DNA of 64,000 bases, taken from the NCBI RefSeq assembly GCF_036321535.1, contig NC_087447.1:13144001-13208000 (forward strand). Direction: 5' to 3'. The DNA comes from Camelus dromedarius (lineage: Eukaryota). The notes beneath the pieces are model-generated. The model saw only the letters and a list, made by a program, of their open reading frames with translations. It searched no databases and was not told the DNA's origin. Positions 47,988 through 61,480 of this stretch are shown here, one piece after another (position 1 is the first letter of the stretch; every line of letters begins with the position of its first letter). The translations under genes were made by a program, and so were the position numbers.

Positions 47988-50079
47988 GAAACATCACTGT
48001 ATGTTTAACAGTATTACAGAGAGCAATAAAAAAATATGGTATCAGGTGAAGCTTAAGTCCTTAAGTCTTTAAGTCAAAAGAAATGAAAACATAATAATAA
48101 TTAAATACATAAAATTGAGATAATAGTTGCCTCCAATACTAAGCCAGAACAATACATACAGATGTGAGTGGCACTTATGTGACACAGATTGGACCTCAAT
48201 CATTGTTTATAATGAGCGAAGGATTGCACGAATTGGTAAAATATGATTTCACTCTTTTCTCTTGTTATTTTTAGAAGTGACTTGATGATTTCTTTTAGAA
48301 ATAATGATCATTTTATACACAGTACATCCCAAGGAATATTTTTAGAATATCACATATATACTTCATAATTCTGTAGTCAGAAATAATACATAAAAGTTAT
48401 TTTTAAAAGGAGCTTTAGTTTTGGTCGAGGATAATTTCAATTCCAATTACTTTGCCAATGTGCTTCTATAGTTATAAGACACCTTAAGTGCTTTCCAAGG
48501 ATCTAAAATCACTTTAATACTTAACTCACACAGCCCTTGAAGAAAAGCATATTTTTATAGGGGAAAATACAAGTAGAAAAATTCCATTAATTCATAGGCA
48601 GGGAAGTTTGAAACTCTGTTTCTCTAGCCTTCTCTTTCAGGTTGACTAGATATCCTAGAAGCAGTTTTAAACATTTCACATGTATTGAATCATCAGTCCT
48701 AACACGGGTCCAGTGATCTTGTTATCATCTCACTTTAATGAAAATGAAACCAAGTACCCTTTACAATTTCGATAAACACTGATTGATACTAAAGGCTATT
48801 TTAATGCATCTTTTAATTATTTTCTCACTATCTCACAGTATACTTATTACACACAGTAGCAGAGGAGGCAGGGGAAGAGTAATGAATCTCCACTCTGGTT
48901 CATTCCTTTCATTTATTTTAATTTGTACCTATTTTTCTTTATTATTCTTCTTTTCTGCCTAAAATGTAGGACACACATTTGATTCAGCTATCAATACTTT
49001 TTACTTTTCTCTCACATACCCCATATGTGACATGAATGCTATAACTTCTTCAAGAATTCTACAAAATCATACCCCACCAAAAAATCTACGTCATTTTGAC
49101 ATCTACCGAGGCATTGGACACCAATTATTCATTACATGTACTTAAGTAGTAGAAAGTTACAATATACAATGCTTGTACAACTTGAAGAAAAAGGGGAATG
49201 AACATACAAAATCAGCATATTTATAGGTAAGTGTTTAATTTATCATGTATATACAAACTTTTAATTTTTTGTATGGAAGTAATTATTATTTACTCTAGGT
49301 CAATTGGGTTGTTACTTACCAGACAATTATGTCATTAGATAAATTCCTTTATCTCTGAGTAAAAGGTGGCATTCAGTATTTTGGATACAGTCAGAATCTT
49401 AACTTCATTGCTAAAGATTAATGAATTTCAGCATGAAATCAGCTCGTCTGAATCCTGGTTCTAGGACTTTCCTGTTTTCCTAATGGAAACTAGCATTCTC
49501 TCCTGATTTGTGAAACTAAAATGAAATAAAATCATCACTGGCATTTATGCTGAATAATGCTTCTGTTCTCTACCCAATAGTTGTGATTCTGTGGCTGAAA
49601 ATGTATATATAAGCTTTCTGTTTAATTTCCAAGTGGCATTTAAAGTAGATTGCCTGGGAGATTGCCTCAAACCTCCCTGTCACTTTTTCTAAGGGATGAA
49701 ACAGCTCCCAAAAGAAAAGCTGATCAATTTACAGCTGAAAATGATTTACTTGCTCTCATGTCCTTAAAAAGCATTTATGCCACAGTTAATAATCCCTTAT
49801 CCACTGAGGAGTCTGAGCACAAACCAAGCACCTGCATTCAATGTTCAGAAGCCATCAATCCTTTTTATGGAGACAAAATCTGAAAAAAACACTGGGGAAC
49901 AAGGTTGAACAGAGGTAAAATTAGAAAATACCAAAGAGAGCAAAGGTCACTGAAATCAGAACCAAGTTTTGAAGTTTGGTTTACTACTGAATGAATTGTT
50001 TGATAAGTGAATTGAAATCTTCCTGTGTGTAACCTCAAATCTGAATTGCCCTGCTACCCCCCTAGTACCCAGTAGTTGC

Positions 50080-50900
50080 TTTAATACCTACTTTTAAATT
50101 TTTATTTGTTTAAAATATCTAATTACCTTACTGCTGTAGATATTTAATTCAATTGCATTATCGTCAGAAGAGGTGGTCAAAGTAATGTGAATTTGGAGAA
50201 AATTAATTTATAGCATAACATGTGATGTTTAAAAATTAATCTCTGTGTGCGTAAACGGAATGGACACTCTGGCATCTCTGGTTTAGGTGAGTTATACCTG
50301 TCCGTGAGATCTCATCAAATCAATAAATTCTATTTACGCACAAGCTTAGAATTTTTATGGATTTCTAGTTCATTGAAATGTAATCAACATTATTGACATA
50401 TTTTTGTTCATTTTTTTCTGACCCGAATACAAACACTGTCTCTCTTTTGATTAGTACTTGTCTGATCATTTTTTATCCTTCCTTTTAACCATTCTACACC
50501 TTTACTGTTTAGGTATGTCTCTTTACAATATATTGCTGAATTTTAAAATCTAGTCTGACAGTCATTGACTTTTAATTCAATAATTTATATCAATTGATAA
50601 ATTGTGATTACTTATATATATATTAATTTATTTCTATGGTTCTGTATCTGTTTTCCATTTGTTAACGTGTTTTTTAAAATGTTATTTATTTATTCAATCT
50701 GGATTTTCTGATAATTTCTTTTTTAATTTTATTTTTAATTGAAGTGTAGTGATTCAATATGTTTTTGTTTTTAATCTGTCCTCTTTTCTTTTTTTTTTAA
50801 GTAACATTTTATTTTTTCTCATTTTGTTTTTCTCCTAAAATCTTGGAAATTTTTATTTTTGTCATTGCTATAAAGATTTGTTATATGTATAATCCAATTT
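50080..50900 (-). mobile_element. Old L1 ORF1/ORF2-start region
   Basis: T-rich minus-strand L1 sequence (GTTTAGGTATGTCTCTTTACAATATATTGCTG...AAATCTAGTCTGACAGTC). Confidence 0.55.
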
Positions 50901-52858
50901 ATTATTGAAAAACAGGAGAATATTTTTACTTTCTCTAGCTTCTGTGGCAATCCATACAATTTAGGGCATAACCTCCATTGATATTGCCACCAGTTTAGGG
51001 CTTGGTGATGGTAGCGGACATTGTAACAAGAGGTTTAAAGAATGAAGTAAACAAGGATTCCATGTGAACAGCAATTGATGACAGGTCAGTCAGTCCTAAG
51101 AAGTGGACTCCTTTATTTCAGTAAAAATGATGGGATCCTGAAGTGGTTGACCTCAATTGACCTCAAGTCTTTGCTAGAGACAAGGTGGTCCAAGCCCATC
51201 TTATAGTGGTCCCAGTGGGAACATAGACCCACTCTGTGTTTATGTCTGGAGCTCCAAAGTGCGTAACAGAAATAGGCATTCTTGGTGACAGAATCCTTGC
51301 ATTGGTTTTCTGCTTCTTTCTATCTCCAAGTATAAACCCACGGAATATAATTTCCCTATCAGTATAGTGTAGCCAAACTAACAGTGCATCTCTGATGGTC
51401 ATGCATGGATTAAGGTTACCATAAAAACTTGGAAGATACAGAAATGTTAATTTCTATTACATGTTCTACTCAATTTACTTGTTTTGCCTGAAGGTAGATG
51501 TATCCTGGACACTGACAATGACGTTTATAAATTGTTTAGGTGATGACTTCAGCTGTACCTCCTGTTTCAGATTCAGTAAAGTGACTGAGAAAAAAATTAT
51601 ATCAGTGTCTGAGAATCCAGGCTCTGAAACATAACAGTATCGGCCCTCCCAAGTGAAGGACAAGATGGTAAATCTACCACTACTAAGAAACTCAGTGCTT
51701 GAAAGGACTTTTGAATTCTGGAGGCAACACTTAGCAACATTTAAGTTAACTGCTCTGACATGTTAACTGAGTCAACCAAAAGGCTGCCAGTTTTGAGAGG
51801 GATTCAGTGTGAAAGATTCCCATGTTCAGATTGCTGTGAAAATCACTTTGCTATATTTGTGCTTTCAAGCCCAGAAGACCACACAGAGATGCTAAGTGGA
51901 GCGTCAGTAAAGCCCAGGTAGGAGGATTACAGCCAAGATACCCACAGTTTTGTAGCAAATTATTACACTGTTTTTGTAGGCAATTATTCACCTTTTTGAG
52001 AAATTGATCCTGACTAGATATTAAGGCCTAGTAGAAATCAAAAACCTGAACCTAGGGCATCAAACAAGCATATTATGTGAATTGATCATCATAATACAGG
52101 TTTTATCTTATCCACCAAGTTTGGAAGTGATTAGCAGCAACATACTATCAAGTCAAAATGAAACCAAACAGGTTGGGTTTGAACAGGGCTGGTGGCTCAA
52201 GAAATGTTCATGAAACTCCTACCAAATTGTTTTTTTTTTCCCCTCAGTCAACACTGTGGCCATATGGGGTTGTTGGCTGAGGAGGAAAAATATAATTGCA
52301 TCTGTCTGCATTTAGTTCTACAAGAAAATTTGGCATTTTTTGTTACATGAAATGTTACAACATTAAAGCCTTAGACACGAATGTCCCCAAAAGATGGAGG
52401 TTAAGAAAATCTTCTCAAGTATCAAAAAACCTCAGCCAATGCACTTTATTGTCTACTTTGTATAGACCAAGAGATATGCAGATGCATGGATCTATTCCAG
52501 TCCATGGCATTTGCCAGTGCTTTCACTGGATGTTTAAGGATTTAGACAGCATAGGGCAGAAGGTGTGAAAAAGAGATATAAAGATAAACTTGATTGACAA
52601 AATGAGAAAATATCTGATTCATACAAATCCTCATCAAATGGTGTGCAGTTCAGGGGAAATTCTCCATGATGGTAGACAAGATTATATGTTTTGTGAATTT
52701 GAGTCATCCTCTTTTCCAGGTACCCACTTTCTTACTCATTGATCTAGTTATAAAGTGACCATGGTGGTAAGAATAAAGGCTATTGGAAGGTCTGAATAGC
52801 ATGAAATTTCTCACACAAGGGTTCATCTGGCTTCTGCTACTACTGAGTGCCAAATACA

Positions 52859-53435
52859 TGTAGTCAGTATGGCTGTGTAACAAACAACCCCAAGCTTAGT
52901 GATGTAACAAACCAACTTACTATGCACATAGACTCTGTGGATCAGGAATTTAGACATAATGAATACAGCTTGTCTATGCTCCATGATGTCTGGGGTCTCA
53001 GCTGGGAAACTCAGAGGTTGAAGGTGCAGGCAGCTGCAATCATCTTAGGCCATATAGAATTACATGTCTGGCAGTTGGTTCTGGCTGTATGCCGGGACTC
53101 AGCTGAGCTCTTGGTCATAAAATTCTGTATCTGGCCTGTATGCACAGTCTTTCCATGTGGACGAGTTTGGGTTTCTGTACAATATGGAAGCTGGGTTTCA
53201 AGAGTGAAGACCCCAAGAGAACAAAGTGAAAGGGCATGTTTATAATAACCACCCTCGGAAGTCACACAAGTTTACTTCTGCTGTGTTGTATCGGTTGGAG
53301 GCTTCACCCACGTTTAAGGAGAGGACTCAGAGACCCCACCAACTTACGGATATAGTGTCAAGGCCACATTGTAAGAAGAACACATGGGATGGGAGATACT
53401 GCCTTGGCCACTTTTGGAAGCAACTATCTGTCACA
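52859..53435 (-). mobile_element. MaLR solo LTR (older MLT1-type) inserted in the ERV-L integrase zinc finger
   Basis: TGTAGTCAGTATGGCTGTGTAACAAACAACCCCAAGCTTAGTG matches the minus-strand MLT1 end. Confidence 0.75.
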
Positions 53436-53753
53436 CCAGCAGTGGGAGCCTAATATGTACCATTGCTCAGGGAGACTACTCAGTCCCGCGGTGGCAAGTT
53501 GACTACACTAAAAGCCTTCCATCAAGGAGGGGGCAGAATTTGTCCTCACAGAAACACATACTTATTCTGGATATGGATTTGCCTTTCCTGTTCATGATGC
53601 TTATACCATCAACACAATCCGTAGATTTATGGAATGTCTTATTCATCATCATGTTGGCTAGTATAGCATTGATTCTGATCATGTAACTTGTTTCACAGTA
53701 AAAGAACAGTAGTGAAAACTACATGAGGAATTCATGGATCCTGTGATGTACCC

Positions 53754-54157
53754 TGTTATGAACTGAATTATGTCCCTGAAATTCATGTGTTGAAGTCTTA
53801 ACTCCAAGTTCTTCAGAAGTGACTGTGTTTGGAAATGGGGCCTTTCAAGAGGTATTTAAGTAAAAATGAGGCTATTAGGGTGGTCCCTAATTCAATCTAA
53901 TTGGTGCCTTTATAAGAAGAAAAAATTTGTACCCCCAGAGAAGCCCAGGGATGTGGTGCATAGAGGAAAAACCATGTGAGGACACAGTCGGGAGGCAGCC
54001 ATCTGCAGGTCAATGAGAGAGACCTCTGGAATCACTAAACCTGCAGACACCTAGATCTTGGACTTCCAGACTGCAGAACTTACAAGATATAAATTTCTGT
54101 GGTTTAAGCCACCCATTCTGTGGTATTGTGTTATGGTAATCCTAGAGAACTAATACA
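53754..54157 (+). mobile_element. MaLR solo LTR (MLT1A/B-like) inserted in the ERV-L integrase core
   Basis: TGTTATGAACTGAATT...TTTAAGCCACCCATTCTGTGGTATTGTGTTATGGTAATCCTAGAGAACTAATACA; TG...CA termini, about 400 bp. Confidence 0.85.
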
Positions 54158-54796
54158 TAGATTTGATACAGTGGAAGAATGATGTAATAAACTTTCAAAG
54201 TGGCAAATTCAGAGACAACACTCTGAAAATTTGGAGTTGTATCTTTAAGAATGTTTTGACCAATGTAAAATGTTTCTTCTGCAGTTAATAAATAGCCGTA
54301 ATAAAAAGTTATGGAAATCAAAGGATGCAATGGCAAGTACCTCCTTTCATGATTACACTAAAATCTATTTAGAGAAATTTTGCTCAGGTGGTTTACAGGT
54401 CTTAGTTATGGAGACAGTGCTTACATCAGGGAACTTGGCAATTATTTTATTGAACTGGAAATTGAAATGATCACCTGGACATTTTGATAGAAAAAAAAAA
54501 AAGGTGGCTGGAGTGATTGGTACTGATGACTAGGGTAAATTTGGTTGTTGTGCCACAGTGAGGAATGGGTGACCAATATCTGGAACCTGAGGGATTCTAA
54601 AAGGCATCTCTTAAAATTTCCATAACTAATAAAAAATTAATAAAAAATTAAAGCATCAAAAATGACAAAATCTTTAAGGTGTCAGACTTTAAGAGATGAA
54701 CATTTGATTCACACTATTAGATAATGGAACCCAATTGGCTGAAGGGTAGGCTGAGGTCAAAGCAAAGGTGGAGAAAAATTACAGGAGATAAAGTTA

Positions 54797-55586
54797 TAGC
54801 CAGCCCTCCATATCTGTGGGTTCTGCATTTGCCAATTCCACCAACCACTGATCAAAAATATTCGGAGAAAACAATTTCCAGAAGGTTCCAAAAAGCAAAA
54901 CTTAAATTTGCTGGGCACCAGCAACCATTTACCTAGCATTTATATTGTATTAGGTGTTTTAAGGAATATCTCAGAGATTTTTGCTGGTTCAATTCCAGAC
55001 CACCACAATGAAGCGACTGTCACAACAAAGGAGTCACACAAATGTAAAAAGTCCTTTACACAACACTGTAGTCTTTTAAGTGTGCAGTTAGCATTGCATT
55101 ATGTCTAAACAAAAATCAATGTACGTATCTTAATTTAAAAATACTTCATTGCTAAAAAATGTTAACCGTCATCGAGCCTTCAGGGAATTGTAATCTTTTT
55201 ACCATAGTAACTTCAAAGATCACCAATCACAGATCACCATAACAAGTATAATAAAATGAAAATGTTTGAAATATTGCGAGAAGTACCAAATGTGACAGAG
55301 ACCACACAGTGAGCAAAATGCTGTTGGAACAATCGTGCCAAGAGACTTGCTTAATGCAGGGTTGCAACAAACCTTTGGTTTGTAAAAAAGTGCGACATCT
55401 GTGAAGGGCAATAAAATGAGGTGTGCCTGCATACATAATCTAGAGGGGGTTCAAAGCATATGGGAAGATGTGCACAGGTGATAAGCAAATACTGCACCAT
55501 TTTATGTAAGGATTTGAGTATCTACAGATCTTGGTATCCTCAGAGGGTCCCAGAACCCATCTCCCACAGAGAGTGAGGGATGACTT
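54797..55586. mobile_element. MER2 (Tigger-family MITE) split by a nested Tigger1 derivative
   Basis: CAGCCCTCCATATCTGTGGGTTCTGC at the left and TTGGTATCCTCAGAGGGTCCCAGAACC...GAGGGATGACT at the right match the MER2 ends. Confidence 0.75.
54961..55429 (-). mobile_element. Internally deleted Tigger1-type DNA transposon with both termini
   Basis: AAGGAATATCTCAGAGATTTTTGCTGGTTCAATTCCAGACCACC and GCAATAAAATGAGGTGTGCCTG match the Tigger1 terminal repeats (CAGGCATACCTC). Confidence 0.8.
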
Positions 55587-56304
55587 ACTTTATAGATATT
55601 CACTAAAATTTTAACAAGGACCATTGTAGTAATGTATACTGTTCATATATTTAATTGCATACTAATTTCAAAGTTCTTGTTTCTTATGTTATACTAAGAG
55701 GGTTTTGAGTATTAATTTTACAGTCAATTCTTAGTGTTAAAGATCATTCAAGGATTGTAATCTGAACTAGAAGAGAAACTAACATTGAAATGAACATTTT
55801 GCAGAATGTTTAGGATGTTGTATTTCCTTTTTGGGAGGAAAAGAGTGAGACCACCTTTGTAGAAGTGTCTTGTTCAGTGAAAGCATATGGATATTATTGT
55901 TTTTTATATGGAGGTTCAAATATATATAGGCGAGTATTAGTAAGTACTGATTGGCCAAAGGAGTTAAATAAATATGCCACTCATTCGCCTATTATCCTCA
56001 GCTTAAAAATCCACCTTTAAATGCTCTCCTCTGAGATGCTGGGAGTGAAATCTAACTACATTTTTCCTCTAATAGATGTTTTTCTATGAGCTTCTGTTAA
56101 TAAGAGCACACCAGAATGAGACTGGTAATCAAAAAGAGGGAATTAGAGAATTAGCTATATGGTATTGAAGACTTTATATTTCAATAATTAAGGATGCTTA
56201 TTCCGTGTTAAATTTTGGCCTAATATTTTAAGGATAGACAAAATTATTTTACCCAAATCTAGTAAGTCTGAATAAATTTTTTTGACTTCTTTTTTTTTGC
56301 TCTT

Positions 56305-56513
56305 TGTATTTTTTTATTGAAATATAGTAAGTTTACAATGTTGTGTCAATTTCTGGTGTACAGCACAATGCTTCAGTCATACATGAATATACATATATTC
56401 ATTTTCATATTCTTTTTCACCATAAGCTACTACAGGATATCAAATACAGTTCCCTGTGCTATACAGTATAAGCTTGTTTATCTATTTTATATATACCAGT
56501 CAGTATCTGCAAA
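56305..56513 (-). mobile_element. L1 3' end fragment (camelid-type)
   Basis: T-run then TTGAAATATAGTAAGTTTACAATGTTGTGTCAATTTCTGGTGTACAGC; the reverse complement of the 3' UTR at 27000-27230. Confidence 0.85.
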
Positions 56514-57000
56514 TAAAATTTATACCCACTTCTCACCATTCTCCACCTACCCATTTCCTGTAAAATTCAGCATTTCAGAAAAAAAGACTTTTTGGGGGGA
56601 TGGCCTGTTAATAATGGACCACTAGATCTTTTTCAGATTCCTAAAGCATATCATTAGAATTCCAATGTTCCATAAATTGTATATTTCAAAAAGGGAAGAA
56701 AGAAAAGACTTCACTACACATTCAAAATAAAATATCAGATTAAGGAGGACTTAAAACAGGTATGCAAAGAGAGTAGAGGAAAAATGAACATGAAAAGATA
56801 AATTAAAATTGTCCAATCAGGAGAGGTCTGAGAAAATTCTAAAGATTCTGAGTTCCAACCCATTACTGGCTTTTCCAATCACTGCATATTCTTTGTATGT
56901 CATTCCATATTATTTCTAGGGCTTTTAATATTTCTAGCTCTAAAGTGAAATTCTGAAGTGTTTTTCATGTAAGTTACTTCCTTTCTGAAAGCAACTGATG

Positions 57001-57903
57001 CTACAACATTTTCCTCACAGCATTCTTCATCTCCAAGTTTCTCAGCGTGTATATCAGAGGGTTGAACATGGGGGCAATGATGGTGTAGAAAAGAGCAAAT
57101 GCTTTGTCTTCTGGAAAAGTTTCAGCTGGCCTCATGTAAATGAGGAGGACTGGCCCAAAGAACAGGCCCACGACTGTCACGTGGGAACTACAAGTTGAAA
57201 GAGCTTTGGCACGGCTCTCCGCAGGGCAACCCCTGATGGTGTGCAACATCAGAAAACAGGACCCCATCAAAATCACAAAAGTGACCAGAGCAACCAGACC
57301 TGAATCAACAATTGCCAGGAGACCGATTCTGTATGTATCAGCGCAGGCCAATTTCAGCAAAGGATACACGTCGCAGAAGTAGTGATCGATCTCATGGGGG
57401 CCACAGAACGGTAAAAAGATGGTGAGAAGAAACTGACTGGCAGAGTGCATAAACCCCCCAGTACAACAGGCTGTGATGATTGCATTACACCTTTGTCTGC
57501 TCATGGTGACGGTGTAGAGCAGGGGTCTGCAGACGGCCACGTAGCGGTCATAGGCCACCCTGGTGAGGACAAAGATCTCAATGCCTCCAAGGAATTGAAG
57601 GATAAAAAGCTGCGTCATGCAGCTACTATAGGAAATGGTCTTCCTTTCTGCCAATAAATCAGTTATGAGTTTGGGCACCACTGTTGATGTGTAGCAAAGG
57701 TCTGAGAGTGAGAGGTAATTAAGGAAGAAATACATGGGTTGGTTAATGAGTGGACTGCATGTGATAGAAATCATTATGAACAAATTTCCCATCCAAACAG
57801 CAATGTAGCAAAATAAAAATAATACAAAGCAGAGGATTTCAATGTTCTTGTTTTGAGATAAGCCCAAGAGAATAAACACAGTGACATTGTTCCTATTTCC
57901 CAT
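57001..57903 (-). CDS. OR4P4: Olfactory receptor OR4P4-like, 300 aa, C-terminally shortened and possibly decaying
   Basis: [37 protein letters not shown] and [12 protein letters not shown] closely resemble human OR4P4 as I remember it; one-to-one orthology is not established. The ORF-track start 57915 is TTG; the first in-frame ATG is 57903. Confidence 0.85.
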   Translation of the reverse strand: MGNRNNVTVFILLGLSQNKNIEILCFVLFLFCYIAVWMGNLFIMISITCSPLINQPMYFFLNYLSLSDLCYTSTVVPKLITDLLAERKTISYSSCMTQLFILQFLGGIEIFVLTRVAYDRYVAVCRPLLYTVTMSRQRCNAIITACCTGGFMHSASQFLLTIFLPFCGPHEIDHYFCDVYPLLKLACADTYRIGLLAIVDSGLVALVTFVILMGSCFLMLHTIRGCPAESRAKALSTCSSHVTVVGLFFGPVLLIYMRPAETFPEDKAFALFYTIIAPMFNPLIYTLRNLEMKNAVRKML

Positions 57904-60900
57904 GGTCCAGTGCAATAAAAATGCATAGCAGTCCCCTGAAAAGACATGATGCGTAAGTTGATGTCAGAAACGTTCATGGAGAAAACTGGTGCTAACACTG
58001 ATCTTATGAAGCTATGTTTAATGGACATGATCCCTGTGTTTCACAAAATGAAAATGTGGCATTTAATACATGTTTGGTTTCTGATTAGTCTCATGGTGAT
58101 TTTCACACGTCAGTCTTTCAGGACATCAGGTTCAATCTCAACATTAATAAAAAATAAATGCATTTATCTGATCAGTAAAAAAAACATTTAAAAATATTTA
58201 TTAGTTTCAAAATACTTTCCATTTCTAAACAAATGTACAGCTAAGTTCTTGAAAAGAACATTGCTCCATATCTCTACAAACTCAAATTTGTTAAGGATGC
58301 AGGTATACGTCATACAAAGTTTTCCTTTAATAATATGGAAGCCAATATAAGGCTTAACAATGGTCACTAGTGGAATGTCTGCTGCCTCACAATAAGTTTA
58401 GAATGAGGGAGAATACAAAATTAAATATTTATTTATATAATGATACATAGATATTTACTAAGTAGAAGCTAAAACTCTCTGCAAGAGGCCAATGAGATGG
58501 GTTTGAATAATTTTTGACTGCTTATCTTTTTTTAGTGATTTGGAAGAGCAAAATTCAGACATTTTATGACCGAAATATAATTCAGACATTTTATTTCTGG
58601 CACATCAATAAAAAGCAAATACTGAATGAACCACAGGATAAAGCAAAAATTAAAACTAAAAAAAGAGAAGCAGAAGGCAGATTTGCCTTCATGACTTTGC
58701 TCTTAACTCAGGGTATCGTATTTCACAAGTCAGTTTTTTTTCCTTAGTGCTTTGAATTAGAGTATGAATTTCTGTTCTATATTTGCCCAGTTTAAGACTT
58801 TTGTCAGAACCCGTATAAAATGTTAACACTGTATAGCTCAAAGAAAAAAGTTTATGGGAGATTTTGGGGAAAAGGTTTTTATGGGAAGACACACAGTTGG
58901 GACCTAGGCTCCATTATGAATTACACTATAATGTGTGAATTTGGGTCCTAATCACTTTGTTTCTCTGAATTTCAGTTATCTCGCTTATAAAATGGTGAAG
59001 CCTACTTAGACTTTGTCACATAGTCAGGGTACTTAAACAAATCAATAAATAGTTATCACTTTATTAACCATAGAATTATTAATTGATGATTTTCTTATCT
59101 TAATTCTTGTTACTAAGTCAGTAAAGTTCTCAATAATAAGTTCACTAAGTATGACTCCCATAGAGAAAATAAAATTTTAAAGTCATTAAATTATTTTGTA
59201 CTGGAAGAAAACTTTGCAATCTACTAACCCAATTCCCTAGTTCTAAATAGAAGGGATTTGAATTAAATGCTTATAGAAAATAGATAGAATGAGTAAGAGT
59301 AGTTTGAAACACCTCATAAGCAATTATATTAAATCAACAGGATTTGAGATATGAAAATATAGGCAAGTCATTGGGGTTGACCATAGCATCGGCTAACTTA
59401 GTTTGTATCTCATTGCTAATGAAAAATTAACATAGAACTGGTAACATATGGTCCAGTTATTTTTTACTATAAATTTTGATCCCACAATGCATTATGAATT
59501 TTTAAAATCTTTACGTAAAATGTGTTAACCTGTAGCTACATTTTTCAACAATTAGTTTGTAAATTCTCTGCTCATCATTCTCTTTAATAGACTATGTTAA
59601 CTATGTCACCTTCCAAATAAAAATTTCCTTTACAATGGAACTTTAAATTATTTGTATGGTGAATATGAAGATTTAGAATTAGCTTATTAGCCACTGAAGA
59701 GTAAGGTTTCATGCCTCCAATCGTATCGTGTAAATTTTTCCTGACCTATAAATAAATCAAAACTGATTTTAAAATAATATTTAAAATATTGGTTTGGCCA
59801 ACTTTTAAAGTAACCACTTGTTCATTTGACTAGACATAAACAAAATCATTATTTTAATTATGGACATGGAAATAAACAATAATCTGAATTTTTTTCCTCC
59901 CCAAAATTATAAACAAGAAAATTTTGGCTTACACATAAAGAATTCTGAAGAATTTAAGGTTGTTGCAATCCTTAGACAAAGCCAACTGTTCTGTCTCCAT
60001 TTCATATACGATTAATTTCCTTGCTAATTATATGTGGTCTGACCTTCTAATAAAACATTTTTGCTAATTATGTGTTTAAATTGCCAATCTTCTCCATTCT
60101 CAAGGCCACAGATAATTCTTGATTTTCCTTCCTGGCAATATTCTCTTTTCATTAACTTCCTCATATACTTATAGTTCATCATGTATAAACTACACTTGTA
60201 TTTCTGGCTTTTTAACTTTAGAGTGGGAGAAGATTTCTAGGTTCCATCCTTGAATCAGTCATCAATTTTAAGTGTGAACCCTTAACTTCATTTCCTTCAA
60301 CACTTTTCTGTATCTAAAATGTAGAGAAATAGTTTCTCCCCTAAATAAATCAGAGAGTTATGAGATTCAAATTTAAAAAGAGATGAAGAACTTTGAAAAA
60401 AGTAAAACACTATGCAAATGAAAGCAGTTTTAAGTTCAGTTTGATGTACGTACTAGAGTAATAACACCCTACAGTTAGTTGAGGCTTTCCGGATAAAGTG
60501 TACGTAGACACCTACCTAGTATTTAGCAAGCCAGAGCTTGAAACCAGAGTTATCTGAGTCTAGAGCCTGAGTTCATACATAAAAACTGTAGATTCAAAGC
60601 AACAGCATAAATTTAATGTTAAAACCCTACCTTTCCCCCAATTACCTATTATTTCATGTAAAACCAGGTAACCTCCAAAGTTACTGTCCTTGAACATTTC
60701 AGCTATTCTAATTTTGATATGCAGATTAACAAAATGAGATGAGAAATCAAGCCAACTTCTCTGTCTGTAAAAATATAGGTACTACTCAGACAAGACCACC
60801 AACTCAGTCTCTTCCTCTTACATATGGATGGAACCCATTTATAAAAAGAATGTTGTGTGGACGCCCATGGACAAAACGCACTGAATCTCCTCACACTCTC

Positions 60901-61299
60901 AGACATGAGCCACGCTACCACAGCCACTAGCAGTACCTCTGAAAGAGCATGGTGAGAAGACAAGAGTGTAATTTGCTCTTAGCACAGCCCTTCGTTCATT
61001 TTAGGAACTTGTATTCTCTTACCCTGTGGTCCCTATCTTTAAAATAATGAATTCAGTCTTTATGATTTTTAAGATATGCTTCAGTTAAGATTTTGCATAA
61101 ACCTTGGGCTCTCCACTATGATGAAAGATAAAGTTGGGGAAAACATTAAACCTAATGAAGTGGACTTGCCTGGGTTTATATTCTGGTTTTGCTAAGAATG
61201 AGCATGTGACCTCAATGTGTTATTTAACTCCTCTCACAATGGGTCTGATAGTTCTTACGTTAGCTTACAATGGGGGCGTTCTCATGTGCCTGACGTTCT

Positions 61300-61480
61300 T
61301 CTAAACATCACATAAACATAAACTTTTTAATCTTCTCAGTAACTCTAATAAATAAGAAATTAGTAGTAAATCTATTTTATACAAGGGGAAATTGAGTTTT
61401 AGAGGAATTAAGCAATTAGCCCAAGACCATAGACTCAATAAGGGGCAGAGTCAAGATCTAAAACGTGCATGTCAGTTAGC
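61300..61480 (+). mobile_element. MIR SINE remnant
   Basis: ATTTTATACAAGGGGAAATTGAGTTTTAGAGGAATTAAGCAATTAGCCCAAGACCATA core. Confidence 0.6.

Larger units (their letters stand above)
51000..54660 (+). mobile_element. Decayed ERV-L internal region (protease, RT, RNase H, integrase, dUTPase), interrupted by two MaLR LTRs
   Basis: CCCTCCCAAGTGAAGGACAAG and TTCTGGAGGCAACAC (RT thumb), integrase zinc-finger remnant ACTGAGTGCCAA, WQVDY in ORF 53384-53686, TYSGYGFAFP-like bases, and a post-integrase dUTPase-like stretch (TTGAACTGGAAATTGAAATGATCACCTGGACATTTTG). This order is characteristic of ERV-L. Confidence 0.8.

Noticed and set aside
61321-61333. 11/13 match to the H-element homeodomain 13-mer (AACTTTTTAATCT)
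   Set aside because: It sits inside a MIR remnant and lacks the TAATGA core.
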